Part shown: in pieces, positions 7,770 through 17,350 of the stretch
Layout of the letters: each line of letters begins with the position of its first letter
Numbering within the stretch: position 1 is the stretch's first letter
From: Spirochaetia bacterium
GTDB lineage: Bacteria > Spirochaetota > Spirochaetia > SZUA-6 > Fen-1364
Length of the DNA stretch: 54,656 nucleotides
Direction of reading: 5' to 3'
NCBI GenBank assembly: GCA_052144915.1
Contig: JBKQPS010000026.1
Span: forward strand, 1 to 54,656
Made by a program: the position numbers and the translations under genes
The notes under the pieces: model-generated
Told to the model about the DNA's origin: nothing
What the model saw: only the letters and a program-made list of their open reading frames with translations
Database searches by the model: none

Positions 7770-9770
7770 ATGCCGGGACAAACCGGGGAGAGGCGCCGCG
7801 CGCGAAAGCAGCTTTCCAAGCTCGACCAGGATTTTCTCAACCTGGTGCGGCGGCGCTTCCACGACCATGTCGACGGCGGGCGCAGGATGACCCCGGTCGA
7901 GCTCCGCCGCTTCCTCGGCGTGAAAAACGCGTACTTCGCGCGGCGCCTGTTCGCCGTCATGGATGACGACGGCGATGGCCGCATCTCGGAGACGGAGTTC
8001 CTGAAATCAGTGGTTTCGCTGATTCTTGGCGAGGACGAAGACAAGCTGCGGTTCATCTTCCGGCTGCACGACGACAATGCGGACGGGAAGATCGACGCCC
8101 CTGAGCTCGATCACATGCTCCAGGCCTGCCTCTCGTCCAATCGCCTCGAGATCAGCATGGCGGAGCGGCACGCCTTGCGCGATGCCCTGCTTTCCCGCGG
8201 CCGGGGCCGGGCGCTGGACTTCTCTTCATTTCGAAGGCTCCTGGCCGCCCACGATCTCGTCCGCCGAAAGCTCATCCAGAGCGTCGCCGACTGGTTCGGT
8301 GCCGTGGGCGGCCAGCGCCTCCGCGCCCGGCACCTTGGGTTCAGCACCATTTTCCGGCAGGCGATCGTGGTGGTCCCCTACTACGCCTGGCGCTTCCTCC
8401 TGGTGGCGGCGTACGTGGCGGCGAATGCGTGGTTTTTCTGGTCGGCCTTCAGCCGGTACAGGATGGCGGGGGCGAATCTCTACATCCAGGTGGCCCGCGG
8501 AGCAGGGGCCTGCCTCAACTTCAACGGGATGCTCATCCTCCTGCCCATGATCCGCACGCTGATGCGCTGGATCCGGCAGACCTTCCTCTTCGTCCTCATC
8601 CCCGTGGATCACAATATCGGTTTTCACAAGATAGTGGGCAGCGTGATGTTCGCCTTCGCGCTCATCCACACGGGGGCCCATTTCTTGAACTACACGACTC
8701 TCCCCGTGCCTTTCACCGACAGCCTGCTGCGCACGAACGCCGGTCTGAGCGGTCTCGTGCTCCTTGGGATCTTCTTTGTCATGTGGTTCTTCGCGCAGCC
8801 GTTCATCCGGCGCACGGCGCTCTATGGCCTGTTCTCCTTCACCCACGTGCTCTACTGGGCGTGGTTCGCCGCCGACCTCATCCACGCACGGTCTTTCCTC
8901 CCGTGGGCCGTCGTGCCCGTTACCGGCTTCCTCGCGGAGCTGGCTGTCCGCCGGGTGCACCGCAACCTCAGCTTCGTTCGGCAGGGGGAGGCCCTCCCGA
9001 CCGGCGTCACCCATCTCAAGCTCTATCGACCCGAAGCCTTCCGTTTCGAGCCCGGAGAGTTCGCGTACCTGAAGATCCCCCGGGTGAGCCTTTTCGGATG
9101 GCATCCGTTCACCATCAGCAGCAACCCCGAGGATGCCAGCCACGTCGGGCTGCACATTCGCGCCCTGGGAAACTGGACGCGAAGGCTGCATCGCCTCTTC
9201 GCAACACTGCCCCGGGAGAAGCGCGAGATGCCGGTCCTCCTCCAGGGACCGTATGGGAGCCCCAGCGCGCGGATGTTCGCGTCTCACCACGCGGTGCTCA
9301 TCGGAGCGGGAATTGGCGTCACCCCGTTCGCCTCGATCCTCAAGAGCATCATCGCCCGCCACACGCAGGGCCAGGAAATGAAGCTGGAAAAGGTTCACTT
9401 CTTCTGGCTCTACCGCGGCCAGAAGACCTACCACTGGTTCTCCGAGATGCTCGAGCAGATCGATGCGCTGCGCCTGAAGCTCCTGGAGATCAACATCTAC
9501 CTCACCGACACGCGGATCAATTCGACCACCGGACTTCTCAAGATCGGCATGGATCTCCTGCACGGGACGACGCGCCGGGATGTGCTCACCGGTCTGTCGT
9601 CGCGCACCAGCTTCGGGCAGCCGGACTGGGACCAGGTGTTCTACCGCATTGCGGCCGCGCACCCCTACGGGCGGACGAACGTCTTCTTCTGCGGTCCGTA
9701 TCCCCTGGGCCGGGCCGTGCGGGCGGCGGCACGCCGGGCGGGGTTTCATTTCAGGATGGAGCAGTTCTAA
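7770..9770 (+). CDS. EF-hand-containing NADPH oxidase, NOX5-like flavocytochrome b
   Basis: EF-hand loops DDDGDGRISETEF and DDNADGKIDAPEL; heme His pairs FHKIVG..LIH and THVLY..LIH; FAD motif HPFTISS; GPYG; NADPH motif GAGIGVTPF; VFFCGP; C-terminal EQF; start taken at ATG 7770. Confidence 0.92.
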   Translation: MPGQTGERRRARKQLSKLDQDFLNLVRRRFHDHVDGGRRMTPVELRRFLGVKNAYFARRLFAVMDDDGDGRISETEFLKSVVSLILGEDEDKLRFIFRLHDDNADGKIDAPELDHMLQACLSSNRLEISMAERHALRDALLSRGRGRALDFSSFRRLLAAHDLVRRKLIQSVADWFGAVGGQRLRARHLGFSTIFRQAIVVVPYYAWRFLLVAAYVAANAWFFWSAFSRYRMAGANLYIQVARGAGACLNFNGMLILLPMIRTLMRWIRQTFLFVLIPVDHNIGFHKIVGSVMFAFALIHTGAHFLNYTTLPVPFTDSLLRTNAGLSGLVLLGIFFVMWFFAQPFIRRTALYGLFSFTHVLYWAWFAADLIHARSFLPWAVVPVTGFLAELAVRRVHRNLSFVRQGEALPTGVTHLKLYRPEAFRFEPGEFAYLKIPRVSLFGWHPFTISSNPEDASHVGLHIRALGNWTRRLHRLFATLPREKREMPVLLQGPYGSPSARMFASHHAVLIGAGIGVTPFASILKSIIARHTQGQEMKLEKVHFFWLYRGQKTYHWFSEMLEQIDALRLKLLEINIYLTDTRINSTTGLLKIGMDLLHGTTRRDVLTGLSSRTSFGQPDWDQVFYRIAAAHPYGRTNVFFCGPYPLGRAVRAAARRAGFHFRMEQF

Positions 9771-12700
9771 ACCTGCGGAACCTCGAGGACCTCGTCGAAT
9801 GAATAGGCGAACGGTGCATAGCTGAAGGTGACTTTCTGGATGGACCTGGCTTGCCAGCGACAATGCGCGATCGCATCCTGCACCGCCTGCCGGTTCGATT
9901 GGATCTCCGCGGCGGCCGGAATCCAGACCCCCTGCAGCCCCCAGGACCGGGCCAGGCGCCCGGCGTAGTCACACGCCATGTCGAGCACCGCGGATGCATC
10001 AACGATCTCCAGCAGGTAGCTGGACGGATTGATGCCCGGCAGGGTGAGGAAGCGATTGCCGCCGTTACCGACCACCAGCAGGTGCATCCCTCCGCGGCAG
10101 ATGCCGTCTGAATCCCAGAACACCGCCTGCAGAAAACCGGGGTTGTTCCACAGGGTCACGTCGGTGACAACGCATACTCCTTCGGTGAAGCCGGCCGCCG
10201 CATGGGCGCGGCGCTTGGTCACCTCGCACGTCAGCGCGAACTCCATGGATGCCGCGCGGTATGCAAGGAGGGCGGCGTGCCCCTGCCCGCCGAAAAGCTC
10301 ACGGTGCATGGCCATGACTTCCTGACCCGCCACCTCGGCGTGCACGCGCTGCACTTCCCGCCCGGGCTCCGGTTCCGCCGAACGCGGGCCCACGCGCTGC
10401 AGGATGTCGCGGACCCCATCGGTCGAGTCCGCGCCCAGGATTTCGATGAGGGTGGCTTCCTCCACGGCGAAGGCGTTCAGCTGCTGGCCCAACCGCCGCG
10501 CGGCTTCTTCAGCCTCGATGAGCCGGCCGCGGCAGGCTTCGATCTGCCGCCACACGCTCTTCACCAGCCCCGGGCCCACCCGGGCCTGCGGGGTCATCTT
10601 TTCCCTGACCATCCGGTCGTAACGGCCGCCGTCCTCCTGGCGGCTGGCCAGGAGAGCTTCCTCGACGCCGTCGCGCATGCGGTCGGAAAAGGTCCGCTTG
10701 ATCTCCTGGAGCTGCGCCGCGGTGCCCGCTCCCTGCGGCAACTGCACGCCCGTCGCCCGCACCAGCCGCAGCAGGCGCGGCCACAGCGCGGCTTTGACCT
10801 CCGCCCTTCCGAGGCGGCCCTCGCACCAGTGTCGAAGCAGGTCCCCGCCGATGGCTGAGGGGGATTCGCTGGATTCTCCGCCCGCGCCGGCTTCTCGAAG
10901 AGCGGTCAGCAGCGGCTCCCAAATGGCGGCGGTCACGACTGCCCCCGAACGGAGCTGCCAGCTTCCCCGTCCAAGCGCATACGTCCGCTGCCGCAGGTCG
11001 GGACCGGGGTCGCGCTCCGTGACGTCCTGCGGCCGATCCGGCATGCCCGCGTACAGCTGTGCATAGGATTGGAGAGTCACCGTGACCGACGGGGGAAACA
11101 CGTAGGCCATCGCGGAAGTGAAATGCGGATGACGCTCCTGCTCCCCGGACACGTTGCCGGCGCGGATGGCGGCCGTCAGTCCGGTGAACCCGTCCCGGAG
11201 CGCGTCGATGCGTCCTCGCCGTTCCGACGGCGACAGGGTTGTGTCGCCGACGATCTGCCAGTAAGAGGCATAGAGATCCGCATCCCAGCACCCCACGTCT
11301 TTCACGAACCTCGGGAGGGATTCGCGGTGATCGGCCAGGCGCGGGATGATGCCCCTGCTGGCGGCGGGAATGACCAGGTTGCAGACGATGTCCAGGGCGC
11401 GCGCGCCGGTCTGCGTCACCAGGTCCCGCAGGACGTCCAGGTCCGAGGCGTCGCGGACCAGGTGCGGCGGCGCCTGGGTCAGAACGTACAGGAGGCTGCC
11501 AGCGTACCGGCCGTGCGCGCGCAGCAGGGGCGCGATCAGGGGACCCCAGGCGTCCCCCCAGCGAAGGAGCAGCTGCTCCGCGCACGCCAGGTCATCCAGC
11601 AGGCGCGTGTCCTCGGGCCGCGCCCGGGACAGCACCTCGCACTGCAGCTCCAGCGCGTCCGCCCACTGGCCCCGCCGGCCGCGCTCGGCCGCTGCCGCCA
11701 CGCCCAGCAGCCGCGGCAGCGCCTCCTGCGCGTCCCGGCCCATTCCTTTCAGCCGGCCGGCGGCCTCGGCGCAGGCCTCCAGAGCATCCAGGAACACCCG
11801 AATGTCGTGGCTCGCGATGCCGGCGGCTGCAGTGGCGCCGTGGCGCAGGATGCCGGCCGCCAGGGTGTCCCAGGTCCGGCTGAGCTGGGCAACGTCTTTC
11901 AACAGGTCGATACCGGCTGCAGGGTCCCTGCCGACAACAACGGCACAGGCCCCGAGTCCAAAGGCCAGCCAGGCGTTCTTCGCTGCGGGATGCTCGCCGA
12001 AGCTGTCCACCTCCGTGCGGAACGCCTGCATCAGGGAAGCAAAACCTCCGGGGTCGGCAGCCATGGCCCCGAGCTGGGGAAGCGCAAGGATGAACTCGGC
12101 GCGCGCCTCCCCGGGGCCGTGCTCGTCGGGAAGGAGCCGCAGCACCGCGGTCAGCGCCTCGTCGAGCCGCTCGCCGCTCCCGCCGCAGACGCCGCATGCT
12201 GCCTGCACCGCCGGCCAGGCGGCATCCGGTATGTCGCGCGTGCGCTTTTCCACGACAGCGCACAGCCGCCGGAAAGCTGCCCGGTCCTCCCCGGCTGCCT
12301 CTGCCAGCGGGCCTGCGGCCTGCTCGAGAACCGGCCGGGGATCGAGGCCCGCGGCGGCCAGCCGGAGGCTCGCGTCGAGGGACTCTTCCAGGACCCACCG
12401 GTTGCGGACGCCGGCGCGCGCGGCAGCCGGCAGCCCGCTCACCAGCACCGGCTTGGGGTCATGGTGAGACTGCACCAGGAGGCGGACCAGCTCCCCCAGG
12501 CGGCGGAGAAGGGCGATGAACGCTTCTGACTCTTCCGCCTGGTTCTCCGCGAGCGCGCTGATGTCATAGAAGAGGATGTCGCGATAGTCGAGGCCGAGAC
12601 CCGCGAGCATGGCAATGAAGTCATGGAGCGCCGCGCGAAGCGTCCGAAAGACTCCCGCGTCGGTGCCGGCCATCTCCAGCATCGGAGGCACGGCGTAGGA

Positions 12701-13993
12701 CAAGGCGGGTTCGGGGTCCGCGCCCGCGGCGGCAAGATCGCCGGCCCACGCCAGGCACTCCGCCTCCAGCCAGGGCCGCGTGTCGGCACCCGCCAGGGCG
12801 CGCGGCAGTCCCCAGGCCAGGAACATACCGGGGGCAATTCCAGCCCGGGCCAATCGCTCGGCGGATTCGAAACCGCGGCCGAACAATCCCTGCCAGCGTC
12901 CGTCCAGCTCGCGCAGCACGGGCAAGCCGTCTTCAAAGGTCTTGCGCAGGGAGCACCCATGGGCGTGGAGCTGTTCCGCCAACTCGAGAACGCGATCCAG
13001 CCCCTCAGGGTCGTCCGCGCCGCCGCCGAGCAGGGCGGCATTCGCGGCCAGGCCGCCGGTGAGCACAAAGAAAGGATCAATCCCGCACCGGGACAGGCGC
13101 TCGGCCGCGCCGAGGAACGCCGCGACGGTCTGCGGGGTTTCGTCGCCGGCAAGGCCAAAGCTCACTTGCAGGAGCTCGCCGGAATGGATGCCGCGGTCGG
13201 CCAGGTCACGCGCGATATCCAGGGCCCGGGTGACGCTCCCGGCAGGGAAGCCCTGGATCGGGCTCAGTCCGGGAAGCCCGTATTCGTACCAGCCGTACGG
13301 CTGCAGCGCGCTTTCGAGCAGGGACCTGCTGACCTCGACGATCCTCTCCAGCCACAGGTCCAGGTGCGCCGCGAGGAATGCACCATGACCGGCAAGAGCC
13401 CCCACGCCGGTGGCAAAGGGATACCCGACCGAGATCCCCATATCGGTCAGCCGTGCCGCCGCTGCTTCGACGAGCCGCAGCCAGTCGCTGAACAGCGCCT
13501 CTTCCCGGGCCGCGGCATTCCAGAGCTCGGGAACCGTGATCTGCAAAAGCCAACCGGGATCGTCTCCAAGCGCGGCCAGCCTCTGGGCCATCGCAAGGAC
13601 CTTGCCCAGCGCCCGATCACTCTGGCCCAGGGCTCCCGCGGCGACACGGATACCGTACTGCTCGGTGCGGGTCAGCGGCACGTCGCGGCGGTGAAGCTCG
13701 GCCAGGAGCTCCCCGGCCTGCTGCAGCAGATCACCAAACGCGGCAGGCCGATCGCCGGCGACGTCCGCCAGGTAAGGCACGCAAAAATGAATGGGTGACC
13801 AGAAGTCGGAAGGTATGGAGTGCAGGGTCCGGACAAACGCCTCCAGCCGCTCCAGCCACGCCTGGGCGGGCTGGCCGACGCGACCGGCATGTTCGATCAA
13901 CGGCTTGGCCCCGTATTCGATGGGCACGGCGGGGTCCATCCCCGCGGCCTGCAGGCGCCCGGCCAGCCACTGTTCGGGCGAGACATCAGTCAT
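9767..13993 (-). CDS. large hypothetical protein (~1408 aa) with N-terminal helical repeats
   Basis: Uninterrupted 4.2-kb ORF with amphipathic helical composition and recurring LxxxG[ILV]dP motif; start taken at ATG 13993; stop overlaps the NOX stop. Confidence 0.85.
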   Translation of the reverse strand: MTDVSPEQWLAGRLQAAGMDPAVPIEYGAKPLIEHAGRVGQPAQAWLERLEAFVRTLHSIPSDFWSPIHFCVPYLADVAGDRPAAFGDLLQQAGELLAELHRRDVPLTRTEQYGIRVAAGALGQSDRALGKVLAMAQRLAALGDDPGWLLQITVPELWNAAAREEALFSDWLRLVEAAAARLTDMGISVGYPFATGVGALAGHGAFLAAHLDLWLERIVEVSRSLLESALQPYGWYEYGLPGLSPIQGFPAGSVTRALDIARDLADRGIHSGELLQVSFGLAGDETPQTVAAFLGAAERLSRCGIDPFFVLTGGLAANAALLGGGADDPEGLDRVLELAEQLHAHGCSLRKTFEDGLPVLRELDGRWQGLFGRGFESAERLARAGIAPGMFLAWGLPRALAGADTRPWLEAECLAWAGDLAAAGADPEPALSYAVPPMLEMAGTDAGVFRTLRAALHDFIAMLAGLGLDYRDILFYDISALAENQAEESEAFIALLRRLGELVRLLVQSHHDPKPVLVSGLPAAARAGVRNRWVLEESLDASLRLAAAGLDPRPVLEQAAGPLAEAAGEDRAAFRRLCAVVEKRTRDIPDAAWPAVQAACGVCGGSGERLDEALTAVLRLLPDEHGPGEARAEFILALPQLGAMAADPGGFASLMQAFRTEVDSFGEHPAAKNAWLAFGLGACAVVVGRDPAAGIDLLKDVAQLSRTWDTLAAGILRHGATAAAGIASHDIRVFLDALEACAEAAGRLKGMGRDAQEALPRLLGVAAAAERGRRGQWADALELQCEVLSRARPEDTRLLDDLACAEQLLLRWGDAWGPLIAPLLRAHGRYAGSLLYVLTQAPPHLVRDASDLDVLRDLVTQTGARALDIVCNLVIPAASRGIIPRLADHRESLPRFVKDVGCWDADLYASYWQIVGDTTLSPSERRGRIDALRDGFTGLTAAIRAGNVSGEQERHPHFTSAMAYVFPPSVTVTLQSYAQLYAGMPDRPQDVTERDPGPDLRQRTYALGRGSWQLRSGAVVTAAIWEPLLTALREAGAGGESSESPSAIGGDLLRHWCEGRLGRAEVKAALWPRLLRLVRATGVQLPQGAGTAAQLQEIKRTFSDRMRDGVEEALLASRQEDGGRYDRMVREKMTPQARVGPGLVKSVWRQIEACRGRLIEAEEAARRLGQQLNAFAVEEATLIEILGADSTDGVRDILQRVGPRSAEPEPGREVQRVHAEVAGQEVMAMHRELFGGQGHAALLAYRAASMEFALTCEVTKRRAHAAAGFTEGVCVVTDVTLWNNPGFLQAVFWDSDGICRGGMHLLVVGNGGNRFLTLPGINPSSYLLEIVDASAVLDMACDYAGRLARSWGLQGVWIPAAAEIQSNRQAVQDAIAHCRWQARSIQKVTFSYAPFAYSFDEVLEVPQV

Positions 13994-14089
13994 TCGAACG
14001 CTTCCGGGGGCATCATGATGCGGTTCGTGAGTATAGCATGCCCCCGAAGGTCGCCGGCTCACGGGGATCCTGAGCGCCGTGAGTGACCG

Positions 14090-15007
14090 TTATGCTTGCT
14101 CCAGGAAGCTCCCGTCCCGCAGCTGGGAAAAGGCCTTCCGCAGCTCCTCCTGCGTGTTCATGACGATCGGCCCGTACCACGCCACGGGCTCGCCGAGCGG
14201 CCGTCCCGACACGAGGAGAAACCTGATCCCCGCGGGCCCCGACTGCACCGTGACCTCATCGCCCGAATCGAAGAGAACGAGGCAGCGATCTTCCGCGAGC
14301 CCGGCGACCAGGCCGCCCCGTGCGGACCCGTCCGCGCCCACGGTCTCGGTGGCGATCGGCCGGGGGCCCGACGAATTGGCAAAGCTGCCCGAACCGGCAA
14401 ACACGTAGGCAAAGGCGTGCCGCGTCGTCTCTATGGGCAGCGACTTCCGCTTTTCGGGCGGCACCCAGACGTCCAGGTACTGCGGCTCCGCCGCCACCTG
14501 GTCCACCGGTCCGGAGGCGTTCGCATAGCTGCCGCTGACGATGCGCACCCGCGTGCCGTCGTCATCGACTACCTCGGGGATCTCCCCTGACCTGATGTCC
14601 TGGTAGCGGGGCGCCATCATCTTCAACGATGCGGGCAGGTTCGCCCAAAGCTGGAAGCCGTGCATCTGGCCCTTCTCGTTGCCGTGGGGCATCTCCTGGT
14701 GGATGATTCCCCGGCCGGCGGTCATCCATTGTACGTCTCCCGTGGTGATGGTCCCCTTGTTCCCCATGCTGTCGCCGTGGTCGACGCTTCCGGAAAGGAC
14801 GTACGTGATCGTCTCGATGCCCCGGTGGGGGTGCCAGGGAAAACCGGCAAGGTAGTCCTCCGGTTTTTCGTTTCGAAAATCATCCAGGAGAAGGAAGGGA
14901 TCGAAACTCTCCGTCTCCCCGAACCCGAAAGCGCGGCGAAGCTTCACACCGGCCCCCTCGATCGTCGGAGTGGCCTGGATGAGACGCTTGATGGGTCGAA
15001 TCGACAT
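14090..15007 (-). CDS. pirin family protein
   Basis: EGAGVKLRR, DPFLLLD, GFPWHPHRGIETITY, WMTAGRGIIHQE, QLWANLP, EPVAWYGPIVMNT. Confidence 0.95.
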   Translation of the reverse strand: MSIRPIKRLIQATPTIEGAGVKLRRAFGFGETESFDPFLLLDDFRNEKPEDYLAGFPWHPHRGIETITYVLSGSVDHGDSMGNKGTITTGDVQWMTAGRGIIHQEMPHGNEKGQMHGFQLWANLPASLKMMAPRYQDIRSGEIPEVVDDDGTRVRIVSGSYANASGPVDQVAAEPQYLDVWVPPEKRKSLPIETTRHAFAYVFAGSGSFANSSGPRPIATETVGADGSARGGLVAGLAEDRCLVLFDSGDEVTVQSGPAGIRFLLVSGRPLGEPVAWYGPIVMNTQEELRKAFSQLRDGSFLEQA

Positions 15008-15046
15008 GAGGTGAAGATACGAACGCCGCGGTCGGTCGGGTAGGGT

Positions 15047-16105
15047 TCAGCGGAAAAGGGCCCGGATGCTTTCTTCGTACGGCGGGTGGATGACTCCCTT
15101 TTCCGTGACAAAGGCCGTGATGAGCGCATGGTCCGTCACGTCAAATGCCGGGTTGTACGCCTTCACTCCCCGCGGCGTCATGCGGCGCGCGTACCACATC
15201 TCGGCAATCTCATCCTCGGCGCGCTCCTCGATCGGGATTTCGCGCCCTGAGAGGCAGGCGGGGTCGATCGACGAGAGGGGCGCATGAACGTAGAGCGGGA
15301 CTCCGTAATGTTTCGCCAGTATCGCCACGCCGGAGGTGCCGATCTTGTTCGCCGTATCCCCGTTCCCCGCCACCCTGTCGCACCCGACGAGCACCGCCTG
15401 GATCCATCCCCGGCTCATCACCGTGGCGGCCATGTTGTCGCAGATGACCGTCACGTCGACGCCTGCCGCCTGCAGCTCCCAGGCGGTGAGCCGGGCCCCC
15501 TGCAGGAGCGGCCGCGTTTCATCCGCGAAGACCCGGAAGGAATAGCCCTTCTGCGCGCCGAGGTAGATGGGCGCGGTCGCCGTACCGTACCGGGAGGTGG
15601 CAAGCGCTCCGGCGTTGCAGTGGGTGAGAAGGCCCCAGCCGGGCCGGAGCAGTGCAAGACCATTCTCCCCGATCCGTCGGCAGACCTCCTCGTCCTCGGT
15701 CCGGATGAGATCGGCTTCGCTCTTCAGCGCCCGGAGAAGTGCGGCCGGGGGCACGTGCGCGTTGCCGCGGAGAACGCGCGTCATGCGGTCCAGGGCCCAG
15801 GCGAGATTCACGGCGGTCGGCCGCGCTGCTTTCAGGAGGTCGCACGATGCGAGAAAGTCACGCGTGATTCCCGGGACGTCGGCCGCGGAGGATCCGGCAG
15901 CTCCGAGGTAGGCGCCGTAAGCCGCGGCCACTCCAATGGCGGGGGCGCCGCGGACCCGCAGGTTAAAGATCGCCTCCCGCACCTCTTCCGCACGGGTCAG
16001 ACGGATATAGCGGACCTCGCCGGGGAGAAGGGTCTGGTCGAGAAGGATCAGCTCGCCCGCCTGCGCGTCGAAGCTCACGGTGACGAAAGGATCCGGGCGC
16101 GTCAC
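15047..16105 (-). CDS. mtnA: S-methyl-5-thioribose-1-phosphate isomerase
   Basis: LDQTLLP, VRGAPAIG, ARPTAVNL, LTHCNAGALAT, ETRPLLQGARLTAWEL, NKIGT, NPAFDVT; start taken at GTG 16105. Confidence 0.93.
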   Translation of the reverse strand: MTRPDPFVTVSFDAQAGELILLDQTLLPGEVRYIRLTRAEEVREAIFNLRVRGAPAIGVAAAYGAYLGAAGSSAADVPGITRDFLASCDLLKAARPTAVNLAWALDRMTRVLRGNAHVPPAALLRALKSEADLIRTEDEEVCRRIGENGLALLRPGWGLLTHCNAGALATSRYGTATAPIYLGAQKGYSFRVFADETRPLLQGARLTAWELQAAGVDVTVICDNMAATVMSRGWIQAVLVGCDRVAGNGDTANKIGTSGVAILAKHYGVPLYVHAPLSSIDPACLSGREIPIEERAEDEIAEMWYARRMTPRGVKAYNPAFDVTDHALITAFVTEKGVIHPPYEESIRALFR

Positions 16106-16273
16106 TTCTGGTCCCGGGACGCCGGCAGGATGTCGACGATCTTCCTTTTCATTTCCCTCTCCTCCTGCCGGCAGTGTACCCGAGCGCTCCGCGCACCGTC
16201 CACTCACTTGACGCCCGGCGCGTATTCTCAATCAATGTCAGGCACGACACGGCCCCCCGGCGAGGAGTGACGA

Positions 16274-17242
16274 ATGTATGACGACCTTCCCCGTTCCCTG
16301 AACACGCGCGTGCTGGTGACCGGAGGCGCGGGGTTTCTCGGCAGCCACTTGTGCCAGAGGCTTTTGCAGGAGGGCTCCGACGTGATCTGCCTGGACAATT
16401 TCTTCACCGGGCAGAAAAGGAACATCTCGCACCTCGTGGGAAACCCGTTCTTCGAGATCGTGCGGCACGATGTCACGTTCCCCTACTACGCGGAGGTGGA
16501 CCGCATCTTCAACCTCGCCTGCCCCGCCAGCCCCCCGCACTACCAGTACGACCCCGTGCAGACCACGAAGACCTCCGTGCACGGCGCGATCAACATGCTG
16601 GGCCTGGCGAAACGGATCCGCGCGCGGATCCTGCAGGCGTCCACCAGCGAGGTATACGGCGACCCCGAGGTGCACCCGCAGACGGAGAGCTACTGGGGAA
16701 AGGTGAACCCGATCGGCGTCCGCTCCTGCTATGACGAGGGGAAGCGCTGCGCAGAAACCCTGTTCTTCGACTACTGGAGGCAGAACAAGGTGGATATCAA
16801 GGTCGTGCGGATCTTCAACACGTACGGTCCCCGCATGCACCCGTACGACGGCCGCGTGGTGAGCAATTTCATCATGCAGGCGCTCAAGGGAAACGACATC
16901 ACCATCTACGGAGACGGGTCGCAGACCCGGTCCTTCTGCTACGTGGACGACCTGATCGACGGGCTGATCCGGATGATGAACACTTCGGAGGGTTTCACCG
17001 GTCCGGTGAACATGGGAAATCCCGAGGAGTTCACCATGATCGAGCTTGCCCAGCTGGTCATCCGGCTGACCGGGTCGAAGTCCCGGCTGGTTTTCCGGGC
17101 GCTCCCGGAAGACGATCCGCGCCAGCGCCGGCCCGACATCACCCTCGCCCGAAAAGAGCTGGGCTGGAATCCCAAGGTGGACATGGAGACGGGGATCGGG
17201 CGGACGGTCGAGTACTTCAAGGGTCTCCTGGCGGCCGTATGA
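16274..17242 (+). CDS. UDP-glucuronic acid decarboxylase family SDR
   Basis: [34 protein letters not shown] (YxxxK), [20 protein letters not shown]. Confidence 0.95.
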   Translation: MYDDLPRSLNTRVLVTGGAGFLGSHLCQRLLQEGSDVICLDNFFTGQKRNISHLVGNPFFEIVRHDVTFPYYAEVDRIFNLACPASPPHYQYDPVQTTKTSVHGAINMLGLAKRIRARILQASTSEVYGDPEVHPQTESYWGKVNPIGVRSCYDEGKRCAETLFFDYWRQNKVDIKVVRIFNTYGPRMHPYDGRVVSNFIMQALKGNDITIYGDGSQTRSFCYVDDLIDGLIRMMNTSEGFTGPVNMGNPEEFTMIELAQLVIRLTGSKSRLVFRALPEDDPRQRRPDITLARKELGWNPKVDMETGIGRTVEYFKGLLAAV

Positions 17243-17267
17243 TCGGACGCACGGAGCGATGGCGCCC

Positions 17268-17296
17268 TTGACGTTTTGCCGTCTGCCCGTTACGTT
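17268..17296 (+). promoter_or_regulatory. sigma70-like promoter upstream of parE
   Basis: TTGACG-N17-TACGTT, 54 nt upstream of the ATG. Confidence 0.45.
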
Positions 17297-17350
17297 CACC
17301 GTGAACTAAACAGTGGGGACGCTGCCCGCATCACGATCCTGAGGAATCCC

